DNA from: Eledone cirrhosa
Taxonomy: Eukaryota
DNA: 64,000 nucleotides
Assembly: GCA_964016885.1 (NCBI GenBank)
Contig: OZ024741.1
Span: 207,514,001-207,578,000 of the forward strand
Reading direction: 5' to 3'
In this document: one piece after another, positions 1-12,870 of the stretch
Position numbering within the stretch: position 1 is the first letter of the stretch
Layout of the letters: the number at the start of each line of letters is the position of its first letter
The notes under the pieces: generated by a model
The model's database searches: none
The model's input: only the letters and a program-made list of their open reading frames with translations
What the model was told of the DNA's origin: nothing
Made by a program: the position numbers and the translations under genes

Positions 1-240
1 AATAAATCATACACAAAACGCCAGTACCAACAGTTTTCCAAGAGATATCAACATGAATGGACCTGTTATTTTTATCTGAAGATATTTTTTCCAATTCCAC
101 CCCTATCTTATTTCTCATCCTTTCTTCTGATGAAAGACTAACGTCCGAACGCTCTTCCTGCTATATCAAGCGTTAACCTAATATATTCCTTCCGTATACT
201 GTACCGATTGTGTTGTTATTTCAGTTTACCTTTTACATAC

Positions 241-280
<40 letters not shown>

Positions 281-321
281 ATATTAAATAAATGGAAACT
301 ATATTTATAAAACCATATTTA

Positions 322-380
322 TTTTATTATATATATTTCAAGGGTACTAAGACACATTGGTACGCTGTCATCAGATAAAA
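322..380 (-). ncRNA. Type I hammerhead ribozyme (pLTR)
   Basis: ttttat-CTGATGA-stem II-GAAA-TATATA-TA-ataaaa on the minus strand. Confidence 0.75.
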
Positions 381-2032
381 TACGTTTGTTTTATAAATAG
401 AGACATACCTATGAAAATCATACCTTATCGGTTGGATATTCACTGGATAGTGGAAATATATTAGGGATTTTTCAAACTTATGTGTGAATATGCAAATGAA
501 TATGTAAATAATTGAAAAACCGTTTATTTAAACGACTATGGAGAGAGAGAAGAGATAAGAAGAGAAGGATAAAATAGTGCGAGAGAGAGAGAAGAAAGAA
601 ACAAGAGAAGATGAATAAAAACTCATATAACGTTAATTTGAGGGAAATATATTCTAAGTATATATCTTAATAGTATGTGTATTTACGATTATTAGTTGTT
701 TAAAATTTGTTTATAATATAATATTTTTCTTCTATTATAAGTAGATAAATAAATAAATACATAAATAAATAAATAGATGGGTATATCATGTTATAGATAA
801 TTGTTCTAATGAGTTATGAGGGATATTGGTGTTGTATTTAATGTAAATAAATATTAAGTTAAATTAAATTAAATTAACTGAGTTAATAAGAATATTTATA
901 TTTATATGATTTTAAATGGGAAGATATGGAAAAAACTCCAGTTTAATTTATTTATTCGTTAGTGTGAGACTATTTAGTCAAAATAAGTATAGATGTTGAA
1001 AGATACATTTAGCCAGAATCAGTTAGTGGTTATAAATCTATTGAAAAATATTGAAAAAATATTGAAAAATTTGAGAAAATTAAAAAAAAAATAATAATTT
1101 ATAAGAGATAAATAATTTTTAAAGAAATAAAAATAAAGAAATAAAAATTATTAAAATTAAAATTAAAATAAAAAAAAAGATTAGAATTATATACGTATAT
1201 ATTTTATGAAACTAAGAAGTGGAATTACAGCAAATGTTATAGATATTATGATTTAGAGATATCAATATATTAAAACCAAGTGGATGAGATTGTTATGGAA
1301 ATAAGTAGAAATATAAGTATAATTATAAGTTATATATAGTTCTGAATGTTGAATTCTGGCGATGTCTACAAGAATTAAATAAATTCGTTCTTAGATTAAT
1401 AGAGTTTTTACATTTAAGTATGTAAAAAATGTCCTCAATACACAATTTGCAGAATCTAGATAAAGCTGTGTTCCAGTACGCGGGTGCTTTTGAAACTGAT
1501 TCCCAAGCTAATGAATAGTCCATATTCTTGCATTTTAAGTTCCATATCAGGTTTCAAATTTTTCAATATTTTTTCAATACTTTATCAATATTTTTTCAAT
1601 AGATTTATAACCACTAACTGATTCTGGCTAAATTTATCTTTCAACATCTATATTTATTTTAACTAAATAGTCTCACACTAACGAATAAATAAATTAAACT
1701 GGAGTTTTTTCCAGATCTTCCCATTTTAAATCATATAAATATAAATATTCTTATTAACTCAGTTAATTTAATTTAATTTAACTTAATATTTATTTACATT
1801 AAATACAAAACCAATATCCCCCATAACTCATTAGAACAATTATCTATAACATGATATACCCATCTATTTATTTATTTATTTATTTATGTATTTATTTATT
1901 TATTTATTTATCTACTTATAATAGAAGAAAAATATATTATAAACAAATTTTAAACAACTAATAATTATAAATACACGTACTATTAAGATATATACTTAGA
2001 ATATATTTCCCTCAAATTAACGTTATATGAGT

Positions 2033-2115
2033 GCCTTTCATCCTTACAGGGTCGATAAAATAAAGTACCAGTAATGCACTGAGTAATTGCTGGCCTTGCG
2101 CCTAAAGTAGAAACA
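2033..2115 (+). mobile_element. 5'-truncated SINE with 11-bp TSD
   Basis: SINE 3' half flanked by GTTATATGAGT at 2022-2032 and 2116-2126. The empty site is visible in the opposite inverted-repeat arm near 620-632. Confidence 0.9.
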
Positions 2116-2191
2116 GTTATATGAGTTTTTATTCATCTTCTCTTGTTTCTTTCTTCTCTCTCTCTCGCACTATTTTATCCTTCTCTTATCT

Positions 2192-2222
<31 letters not shown>

Positions 2223-2385
2223 AGTCGTTTAAATAAAAGGTTGTTTTTCAATTATTTACATATTCATTTGCATATTCACACATAAGTTTGAAAAATCCCT
2301 AATATATTTCCACTATCCAGTGAATATCCAACCGATAAGGTATGATTTTCATAGGTATGTCTCTATTTATAAAACAAACTTTGTA

Positions 2386-2444
2386 TTTTATCTGATGAAA
2401 GCGTACCAATGTGTCTTGGTACCCTTGAAATATATATAATGAAA
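2386..2444 (+). ncRNA. Type I hammerhead ribozyme (pLTR)
   Basis: CTGATGA at 2392, stem II gtaccaa/ttggtac, GAAA at 2427, palindromic stem III, stem I ttttat/atgaaa. Confidence 0.8.
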
Positions 2445-2859
2445 TAAATATGTTTTTATAAATATAGTTTTCATTTATTTAATATCATTGAATATTTACT
2501 CCAGTAACATGTTGAGTGCTCTAAATTAGTTATAAACATTTACATTTGTCGGACTTCCAACAAATTAAATGACCCTTCTACTTATATATATCTGTGTGTG
2601 TGTGTGTGTATCTATGTATATATATATATCAACGCTTACGTGGACCTTTCAAATTCGTTGGATTTTCAAATTGGATTTTCACCTAAAACTGGATATCAAC
2701 CCAGGGTATACCTTAACTTCCACCAGGAAATCTTTCGTTTCACTGAAATTTTCTTTGCTTCTTGCATTTGAATATAACACGACTCTCTATCACCTTTCCT
2801 CTACTACAATCTTCTTACACCACCTTCTTCTTCTCACCCGTCTATTTTTCACTCCCACC

Positions 2860-3812
2860 CTAGTACCTTCAACTTGCCCAATCTCAAATCTTTTCTCCGC
2901 CGGCTCCATTCCACCCTCAAGCGCTTCCTCCAGCCTCTCCCCCCTATATGCATCCAATCATCCGTGCACCTCTCCAACCTCATCTTCACCAAAACAAAAT
3001 ACAACAGTCAGATCACATTTTTAAGTCGCTGTCTCCACCACCACTTCATTCCCCGAGGTTTCTGCCTCAAGTCCCACCCCACCTCTTACTCTTCTCCCAC
3101 CACTGAGCCCATCCTTACCCGCTCCTCTCGCTAGCTCATGCGATCGAGATCTCCTCCATGGCCTACCTCCATCTCTCCACCACTTGCCACACCCTCCTCG
3201 CTCAATCATTATTTACCTCAATTGCCTCCTCTTCAATGTCCTCACTTCCATTAAAAACAACAAACTCCACACACTAGGCTCCCCGCCTGCTGTCACCACA
3301 CATACTCATATCACCTTCAACCCTAACCCCTCTATCCCGTTACCTACCACCCTCTTTCCTCTCCCCACCACTGAATCTGCACACGCTTTGCCCAACCACC
3401 TTACTCCTCCGCCTCCGCCCCTTTCACTCCCTCACACCCCTGCACTATAGTCACCATACCCCATGACCTGCCACTTTCCGAAGATGAGCGCTCGCTCCTC
3501 GCCCTACCCCTTACCCCAGCACTACCACTCTTCTCCGTCTAGCTGAGTTTGTTCTGACCCCCAATGGCTTTTCCTTTTCGGGTGAATTCTATCAGCAGGT
3601 TTCTGGGGTAGCGATGGGAACCAGAATAGGACCAAACTATGCGAACATGTTTGTTGGCTACGTGGAAGCCCAGATCTTCTCCCAGTACGCTGGACCTACT
3701 CCTGAGCTATACGGTCGTTATATGGACGACTGTATCGCCGCCACCTCACGAGAACAGCTTGACTGCTTTCTATCTTTTGTCCTATCTTTCCATCCTGCTC
3801 TCATTTTCACCG
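2860..3812 (+). mobile_element. Internally deleted PLE fragment of a different clade (Neptune/Poseidon-like RT)
   Basis: FLSRCLHHHFIPRGF N-terminal motif, plus FYQQVSGVAMGTRIGPNYANMFVG...YGRYMDD RT motifs. Confidence 0.8.
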
Positions 3813-3830
3813 CCTCCGTCAGGAAACTGA

Positions 3831-3935
3831 CTGGCCAGTCTGCTGATATGCAAATCTGCCTGATCAGTGGATCTGCTAATATGCAGATCTGACTGATCAG
3901 CCAGTCTGCTAACATGCAAATCAGGCCGATCAGTC
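3831..3935. repeat. 33-bp minisatellite, about 3 copies
   Basis: TCTGCT recurs at 3839, 3872 and 3905. Unit is approximately ctgatcagccagtctgctaatatgcaaatctg. Confidence 0.7.
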
Positions 3936-4225
3936 ACTGTGTATTTTTGAAAATAGCATATATTTTCACTAGCTCTGACGGTTTGGCAGGTGAACAGTGA
4001 GCTGTACTGATGAAGGGTGATACCCAGAAACATTAGTGTCTGCAGTTCTGTTCGCATGCCAACATAAGAGCAAGAATGAAGTGTTAATTCTACTGACATG
4101 CCTATAAAATTGAGGCTTGTTTGTATAATTGCAAACGAATCGAATGTCATTATTAGTATTCGAAAAACTCAGATTACATTTATTGTATTCAGCCATGTAG
4201 AGCGAAATTTTCTTTTATATATATA

Positions 4226-7195
4226 GTAATAATAATAAATTTGAAGACTAAAATCCAAAGAGGGCTCGATAAGGATAAATATATATGAAATATATAAGAA
4301 CCGTAGAGCAAATATTTATTAAAATAACAGATTAAAGTTTAAGCAAAGAATCGCTGCTTTCACCCTTAACGGTATCTTCTGAAACTAAAAAAATCAATCT
4401 GTGAACGCAGACTAAATATTTCGAAAAACGTTGCAACCGAAGGAAGACAGGACGACGATACTTTGGTTCGTGGAAACGTTACCTGGCAAAGAACTAAAAA
4501 AAAAAAACGTCATTATTTGGAACGGTGAAAACAATTACACGCAAAGACAAAAACCACGTTCATGGTATAAATGAAGTCGTAGACTAATATTCTATTAGGT
4601 GGTGTGTGGAAACGTTCACTGGCAATGAACGGAAAAAACGAAGATAATACCTCATTATGTGGACCGCTGAGAACAATTACACGCAAAGACAAAACCACGT
4701 TTACGGTATAACTGAAGTCGTAGACTAAAATTCTATTTAGGAAACCGAATGATTCTCGGAGTTAAGAATAATGTAAATAAATTACAGAGATTATTGAAAT
4801 CAACAATAATTAAATATATAGATGCACGCATCCATATACGTACATACACATGCATACGCGGAAACATCCGCCATGGGTATGCAAATAGAGGCACGTACAC
4901 AAAACTACGCGCACACATACAAAAACCCACGCAAAGCCTGTACCCGCAACATACGAACGTATACAGCAAATACACATAAAACATATAAAAATATATATAT
5001 ATAAAAAAAAATATATATATATATATACATGTGTGTGTGTGTATACATATAATTATATAAACGTATATAAATATACACACATAAATACGTATATAAAGCG
5101 CGCACACACGCTCCCACATGTAAATACACATATGTTCGCTAAACATAAGTTAACCAAAACACTAAGTACACATATACGCACACCCTACATACGTGCAAAC
5201 CCGCATACACAGACAATCGCAAAACTCACGTATACACATAACCATATACACATGTACCAATATATATAATATAATATATACGCCTATAAGAAATTCAAGC
5301 AAATATACGTACGAGAAAGTATACGTACCTTGACAAAACATGCAGGTAATATATACTTACCTTTACAAATAAGTAATGTTATAGACATAAAATATACTTA
5401 GCTACCACATCAAGACGTAAATCATCCGCGTATAGTTCGTACTATCCGTTGGGGTATAAAGTGGGGCTGTATTACAGGAAAGTTTGTGCAATTTATGTTT
5501 ACAAGCCGAAATTGCCTCAGATTTTTTGTTTAGGATGTGGTCATTGGCGTAGAGTATTTCCAGGGCTTCAGCGGCGAGAGATCACATGGTATTTTATTTC
5601 CGTTATACAATCTAGCCCTAGCTAGGATATCCCAGTGATCTCCCAGTGTATATTCGGTGTAGTTGGCTTTTAGACTCCAGATATAAGCTGAAAGTGACGT
5701 CATATTCGTTCTTAAAGGGTTAAGAAAAGAATGGGTATGCATGTAAAGACGCTGCTTCAATCTATTAGCGGTTAACCCTATGTAGGCCCTACGGGACGTG
5801 GGTGTCTCAACCTTACATTTGTGGTTGAGAGGCATTTCCCGGATAGGAGGCATTCAACCCGATTCCTACAATTACAGTTAGTACTAGCTACAGGGTTGCA
5901 CGTGTTTAGCTAAATGTGAAGCAGTGATGTTATGCGCACGGTTAGGGGTTGTAGCGTAAGAAATTTTAATGGTATTTCTATTAAAAATGTTATTATATTT
6001 ATGTGCTGGTGGGGTGGGGGGCATGCTTCATAATAAGGGAGAGAAAGATCTTAGCTAATGGTGTGGCCACCTCCATATTATATGGTGGGTTATACCATAT
6101 AATGTGTCGGGATCTATTTTTCCTAGGTCTATGCTCATACTCGGTATATGCTACCTTATCGACAAATCCACTCCGAGCAAGAGCTTCATTGTAATATGTG
6201 GAATGGTCGGTGAAAATATGCTCGTTTGTAGATAGACGGGAAAGCCTCAAAGAAAGGTTTCTTATCAGGTTCTTGGTTATGCTGGCAGGATGGTTAGAAT
6301 ACTTGCTTATGTAATTAAGCGTATCATTCGCCTTTCTATACGGGTAGTACAAGCCATTCGACAAATTGAGGGTAACGTCGAGGTAATTAACGACCGAGAA
6401 GTTGGTCTCAACTTGTATGGAGAGGTTGCAGCCTTTAAAGAAGACTATGAGTTCTTTTCTGAACCTGTCGCAAGGGCGTAGGCCGCACTTTGTCATGGTC
6501 AAAAGAGCGTCATGGCGGTACAAACCACCGCCCACCTTGGAGAATTCATCCTTGATAGAGACAAGAGGGAAAAGGCCGATAAGATCAGTAACCTCCGCAG
6601 AATCGCTGGTGCCCATACTCTCATCGATCACCACGAAAATATTGTTCCACAGTACAAGGGGGGCCAAGCTTCTAATTTCATGTATCATTCTATCTAAAAT
6701 ACTTTTACTAAGTCTACCTAAATCGGATTTCGTAGGGTTAATAAGCCGAATAGAAGGGTTGTTCGGGAAATTGGATTTGTGATCCTTCAAGGTAAAGTAG
6801 GGAGAAATAGGGTCCAGAGGTTCACTCCGGTCCAGGATGCTGCGATCAGAGGTGATTTTAAACCCAGCATCGTTGATGTCATTAATGACACTCCGATTAG
6901 TTTTACGGTAATCCTTAGTTACATCATTATGTACCAGTTGATGGTAAGTACTGCGCTCCACTTGATATAGATTGCCAGTTTTGTCGGAGTGGACGTGCAC
7001 GGCATTAGAATCCTTAATAGAACGAATTCTATTCTTCAGGTCCTACTGGAAGGAATTGCTCCTATTCCGAAATTTGATACACCGTATGAGTTCCAAGACA
7101 TCATTTTCGAAGGGTAGCAATGCTGGGTTACTCGGAGAGTTATTGTAGGTTTTAAACCCAAATTTATCTTGTTTGTTGTCCGCTCTTCCCTGATT
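4226..7195 (-). mobile_element. Naiad-type PLE family A, degenerate copy (RT, GIY-YIG, pLTR)
   Basis: ORFs 5999-7000 (DKTGNLY, TLKDHK, RLINPTKSDLG, YLDVTL) and 5530-5853 (YIGLT), with frameshifts and an internal deletion. Confidence 0.92.
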
Positions 7196-7776
7196 ACAAT
7201 CCGCGTTAACAGATTGATTTCAAAAGATTCCGTTACGGGTGAAAGCAGCGATTCTTTGCTTAAACTTTAATCTGTTATTTTAATAAATATTTGCTCTACT
7301 GTTCTTATATATATTTATCCTTATCGAGCCCTCTTAGGGTTTTAGTCTTCAAATTTATTATTATTACTATTTGGCTCCCTCGGTTGAGCACTCTAATTAC
7401 TTATATTCATCATGCAGAAACAACATCTGAATATTTCTACAAAGAACATACCCGTACCAAGCAGGAAGAAATACCTAAAACTCCTGATACAGAAAACAGA
7501 CTCGTTCATTAAAAGGTTGCGTTGGTGTGCCTTTTATTTCGATAATCAGGGAAGAGCGGACAACAAACAAGATACATTAATGACATCAACGATGCTGGGT
7601 TTAAAATCACCTCTGATCGCAGCATCCTGGACCGGAGTGAACCTCTGGACCCTATTTCTCCCTACTTTACCCTGAAGGACCACAAATCCAATTTACCGAA
7701 CAACCCTTCTATTCCGTTAATAATAACCCTACGAAGTCTGATTTAGGTAGACTTAGTAAAAGGATTTTAGATAGAA

Positions 7777-7921
7777 CTAGCAGAATGGCCCGGCGTTGCT
7801 CGGAATTTGCTCTAGGGTTCTTATATATTTGATATATATTTATCCTTATAGAACCTCGTGAAATAAATACGTTTGTTTATATTTTGTTATTGTGTATGCA
7901 AAAAATCTGTACACGAATATA

Positions 7922-7973
<52 letters not shown>

Positions 7974-8860
7974 TAACAGATTAAAGTTTAAGCAACGAAT
8001 CACTGCTTTCACACTGAAAATAAAAAATCAATCCAGTGGACGCAGAAAATGAATCGCTGCTTTCACCCTTAACGGGATCTTCTACCTAAAAGCAGTATGA
8101 AGTACACTAAGACTAACTGATGAAATCGTTGGCCTTGTTTGTTTATATTTTGTTTTTGTGTATGCAAAAATATATGTACACGAATATCTATATTAAAATG
8201 GTGAATTGGCAGTATCGGTAGAGGGTCGGACGCCATGCTTTGACGCATAGATATACGGCCCTTGCCATTCTGAGTTCAAATCCCGCCGAGGTTAACTTTG
8301 CCTTTCATCCTTACGGGGGTCGATAAAATAAAGTACCAGTAATACACTGGGAAATTGCTGGCCTTGTGCCAAAAAGTAGAAACAATTAATGTTTAAGCAA
8401 AGAATCGCTGGTTTCAACCTTAACGGGATATTCTGAAACTAAAAAAATCAATCTGTGAACGCAGATGTAAATATTTCGAAAAACGTTGCAAGCGAAGGAA
8501 AACAGGAAGACGATACTTTGGTTCGTGAAGACGTTCCCTGGCATAAGAATATATATATATATACACACACACTATATATACACACACACACTGATCGCGT
8601 CATAATGTCGTAATGCAGACAGCCAGGCATACAGACAGATATTATGAAGGTGTGACCACATATCTATATATCTATCTAAAAAGAGAAATAGAAAGAGATC
8701 GCTAAATCGCATAAAAAGAGAAATACTAAGAGAAAGAGAAAGAGAAAGAAATCTTTTTTGCTCAGAACAATCATTATGTAAAGTTTGAAAAAAAAACGGT
8801 TGGGTAGTTCTAGAGTTTTAGGGAAAGAGATACACATACATTCTTTGTTTTATATATATA
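7777..8860 (-). mobile_element. Non-autonomous Helitron-like element nested in the PLE
   Basis: Minus-strand 3' end CCGAGCAACGCCGGG hairpin followed by CTAG. Segment 8610-8860 is homologous to 46320-46598. Contains PLE pLTR pieces and a SINE. Confidence 0.65.
8200..8384 (+). mobile_element. tRNA-derived SINE (Nin/Deu-like core)
   Basis: A-box TGGCAGTATCGG, B-box GAGTTCAAATCC and core tttgcctttcatccttacggggtcgataaaataaagtaccag. Confidence 0.9.
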
Positions 8861-10780
8861 AATTATAAATGAAATTAGAAGCTTGGTCCCTCTTGCACTG
8901 TGGAACAATTCTTTCGCGGTGATTGATTGATTCAACGGCATATGCAACAAGGAACATTGCAGTTTTATCCAATTCGAAATCAATAATTACTACTCCTCCA
9001 TCACTTTACCACTCCTTCTCAGAGCAATCAATTTCGCTAAAACGCTCGCGGTGTTTAAGGATTTCGAAGTTGATGTCACCCTCAATGCCCGTAAGTCGGT
9101 GATTAATTTCGACGACTCTATTTGGATTAAAAAATCTAATAGTACCCCATTCGATGTAAGTATGGGCGCCAGCGATTCGGCGGAGGTTACTGATCTTATC
9201 GGCCTTTTCCTTCTTTTCTCTATCAAGGAAGAATTCCCCAACGTGGGCGGTGGTTTGTACCGTGATGACGGTCTTTTGACCGTGACAAAGTGCGGCCCAC
9301 GCGCTTGCGATAGGTTCAGAAAAGAACTCACAGCCTTCTTTAAAGGCTTCAACCTCTCCATACAGGTTGAGGCCAACCTTTCGGTCGTTAATTACCTCGA
9401 CGTTACCCTCAATTTGTCGAATGGCTTGTACCAGCCGTATAGAAAGCCGAATGATATGCTTAATTACATAAGCAAACATTTTAACCATCCTGCCAGCATA
9501 ACCAAGAATCTGGTAAGAAACGTTTCTTTGAGGCTTTCCCGTCTATCTACAAACGAGCATATTTTCACCGACCATTCCACATATTGCAATGAAGCTCTTG
9601 CTCGGTGTGGATTTGTCGATAAGCTAGCATATACCAAGTATGAGCATAGACCTAGGAAAAATAGATCCCGACACATTATATGGTATAACCCACCATATAA
9701 TATGGAGGTGGCTACACCATTAGCTAAGATCTTTCTCTCCCTTATTATGAAGCATGCCCCCCACCCCACCAGCACATAAATATAATAATATTTTTAATAG
9801 AAATACCATTAAAATTTCTTACTCTACGACTCCTAACATTGCACATAACATCACTGCTTCAAATTTAGCTAAATTACCTAGTCGTAGGAACACGTGCAAC
9901 CCTGTAGCTACTAACTGTAATTGTAGGAATCGGGTTGACTGCCCCCTATCCGGGAAATGCCTCTCTAGTAACATTTTCTACAAATATAAGGTTGAGACAC
10001 CCACGTTCCGTAGGGCCTACATAGGGTTAACCGCCAATAGATTGAAGCAGCGTCTTTACATGCATACCCATTCTTTTCTTAACCCTTTAAGAAGGAATAT
10101 GACGTCACTTTCAGCTTATATCTGGAGTCTAAATGACAACCACACCCAATATACACCGGGAGATCACTGGGAGATCCTAGCTAGGGCTAGATCGGATAAC
10201 GGAAATAAAAGACCATGTGACCTCTGCGCCGCTGAAGCCCTGGAAATACTCTACGCCAATGACCACATCTTAAACAAGAAATCTGAGGCAATTTCGGCTT
10301 GTAAACATAAATTGCACAAAATTTTCCTGTATTACAGCCCCACTCTATACCCCAACGGATAGTACGAACTATACGCGGATGATTTACGTCTTGATGTGGT
10401 AGCTAAGTATATTTTATGTCTATAACATTACCTATTTTTATAGGTAAGTATATATTACCTGTATGTTTTGTGAAGGAACGTATACTTTCTCGTACATATA
10501 TTTGCTTGTATTTGTTATAGGCGTATATATTATATTATATATACTGGTACATGTGTATATGGTTATGTGTACACGTGAGTTTTGCGTTTGTGTGTGTATG
10601 CGGATTTGCACGTATGTAGGGTGTGCGTATATGTGTACTTCGTGTTTTGGTAGACGTACGTTTAGCGAACATATGTGTATTTACATGTGGGTGTGTGTGT
10701 GTGTGCGTTATATACGTATTTATGTGTGTATATTTATATACGTTTATAGAATTATATGTATACGCGCACGAACACACATG

Positions 10781-10876
<96 letters not shown>

Positions 10877-10881
10877 CATAT

Positions 10882-10928
<47 letters not shown>

Positions 10929-10929
10929 T

Positions 10930-12405
10930 ATTTCTTTTATTTGCCACTAGGGCATCAAAAGTGGGACAAGTACAAAGGGGGGAGTTTACACAAAAAGGCG
11001 TCCTCAATAAGGAGGAGGCAATAACAAAATATAAAAATAAAATAAGATATAACAAAAAATAAAATTTTTAACAAAATCCTCAATAGAGAGGAGGCGCCTT
11101 GGGGGGTCGCACACACCCCCGAAAAAAGTGTGCAACCCTTCTCCTCAGGAGCACAGAGAAGGGGTGCTCCCTTGGTCTTTCATCTTCCTCACCTATAGTC
11201 TGATGTAGAGTGAAGGCCCATTCACACGGGCCATTCTCGCCACTTTCACCCATCTTTCATAGAAACGGCTGGGGTGCAGCACCTCTCTCTCCATCCTGAT
11301 CCTTCTTCCGAAATGATATCGGAAGAAACGGACCAGTTGTTGGCCAGAGAGAAAGGTGCCCGACCTCAGTCCTTTCAGACGCGTCCACCATACAACCTCT
11401 TTCGCCATGGCTATTACGCACAGAAACACCGCCTCTGCTTCATCTTTGAAGGGGGGAGGCGGCTTGATCATTACAATAGACTCGGTGGTCAACCGGATCG
11501 GTCCCACCCTTGACAGCAGTTGTTCGACATAGCCCCACAGATCGGCTACGCCCGAGCAGTGTACTAATGCGTGTGCAACGGTTTCCTCGTCGCACACGCA
11601 TCTGGGACAGATCTTTTTGGCGGGGTCCCTACCCGGGCGCCCGTGTCTGTAGAGCCTTTCTCGAACGGGTAAAGCCCCTCGGTAGCACTGCCAGGCCAGG
11701 GACTTCTGGAAGTTGTCCATAGGTCCCGGGCTGAATGTCCTACCGAAAAGGCTGGCCAGTTCGTCCTCCTCCATGTCTAGGGCTTCTCCGAGGGCGTCGT
11801 CGCACCTGCTGCGTACCAGCCCTCTATAGAATGTTGCGGTGGAGTCTCCACTGATAACCGGATCCGCCTGCCAGAGGGCGGTGAGCGCCTGGGCACACTC
11901 AGTGTGCCAGGCGCCCAGTTTTCTCGGTCTTTGCTTGACCCAGGATTGCAGCTCGGTGAGTGAGACGAGTCTGGGAAAGGTTCGTCTCACAAACGAGGCC
12001 CACACCGGTTGTCCGGTGAGGAATACGTAGAGGTGCCGTAGCCTTAATGCGTGTTTACGCATCATTAGCCACGGCATCCCCAGCCCTCCTTTCGAAGGGT
12101 GTTGACAGCAGATGGATCTCCTCACCATAGGAGCCCGCCTCTTCCAAAGGAATTGGAAGAGCGCGCGCTCCATCTTGGTGAGGGTTTCCCTTGGGCAGGG
12201 CACTACGGTCAGGCGGTAGTAGATGACGGACGCTATGTAGGTGTTCGCCACCTCCGCCCGACCTTTCAGGGATAGTTTGCAACTGGCCCACTTCTGGGTC
12301 AGTGCAAACACTCTGTTCGTAACCTCCGCCCAGTTTTTCTCCACCTGGAGGTCCGGTCCGAACCAGACCCCGAGCAACTTCACCGGGCCCTCCGTCCAGC
12401 GTCCG
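10930..12405 (-). mobile_element. 5'-truncated L1/Tx1-clade LINE (RT C-terminus, zf-RVT, 3' UTR)
   Basis: Uninterrupted 396-aa frame (KLLGVWFG, LSLKGR, GGLG, CPRC...ETVAHALVHC). GC-rich, with AATAAA at its 3' end and (GATA)n on both flanks. Confidence 0.9.
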
Positions 12406-12456
12406 ATAGATAGATAGATAGATATACACGGGTGTGTATGCTTGTGTATAGAAGAT

Positions 12457-12870
12457 TATATTAATAAAAGGAATTCCAACTTTGTCTGATTTACTCGTTT
12501 TATTTACAATCCTTTAACATTTATAATGGTATTAGAATGAAATAGTATGGTAGAATATTAAATGTTAAGTGTTAATTGAACAAGTACTTTCATGCTTTCG
12601 CAATCTTCAGGTTCATAATGTGTGGTGACAGTCAAGTTTACAATTTTCAACTGTGAAATATATATATATAAAAAAAGTTGAAAATTGCAAACTTGACTGT
12701 CACCACACATTATGAACCTGAAATTGCGAAAGCATGAAAGTACTTGTTCAATTAACACTTAACATTTAATATTCTACCATACTATTTCATTCTAATACCA
12801 TTATAAATTTTAAAGGATTGTAAATAAAACGAGTAAATCAGACAAAGTTGGAATTCCTTTTATTAATATA
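12457..12870. repeat. Fold-back PLE-terminus insertion with about 195-bp arms
   Basis: 12457-12652 is the reverse complement of 12676-12870. Confidence 0.9.
12577..12615 (-). ncRNA. Minimal type I hammerhead ribozyme
   Basis: tgaac-CTGAAGA-tTGCgaaaGCAt-GAAA-GTAC-TT-gttca. The copy in the other arm has lost a core G. Confidence 0.75.

Larger units (their letters stand above)
276..2580. mobile_element. 5'-truncated Naiad-type PLE (minus strand) with inverted pLTR
   Basis: Arms 276-1073 and 1553-2490 are reverse complements. The minus-strand spacer encodes a GIY-YIG C-terminus (YSLAWE...CKLC...CRH). Each arm carries an HHR, and the element is flanked by (TA)n. Confidence 0.85.

Noticed and set aside
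127-155. Hammerhead CTGATGA-gactaacgtc-GAAC
   Set aside because: GAAA is incomplete and stems I and III do not pair. Similar decayed cores near 14710-14735 and 43730-43765 were not listed either.
8200-8290. tRNA gene
   Set aside because: The A/B boxes belong to a multi-copy SINE head, and no cloverleaf can be formed.
9754-10362. Selenocysteine-encoding Naiad PLE
   Set aside because: All diagnostic Cys positions here, and in the copies near 27535-27950 and 1323-1523, are TGY codons rather than in-frame TGA.
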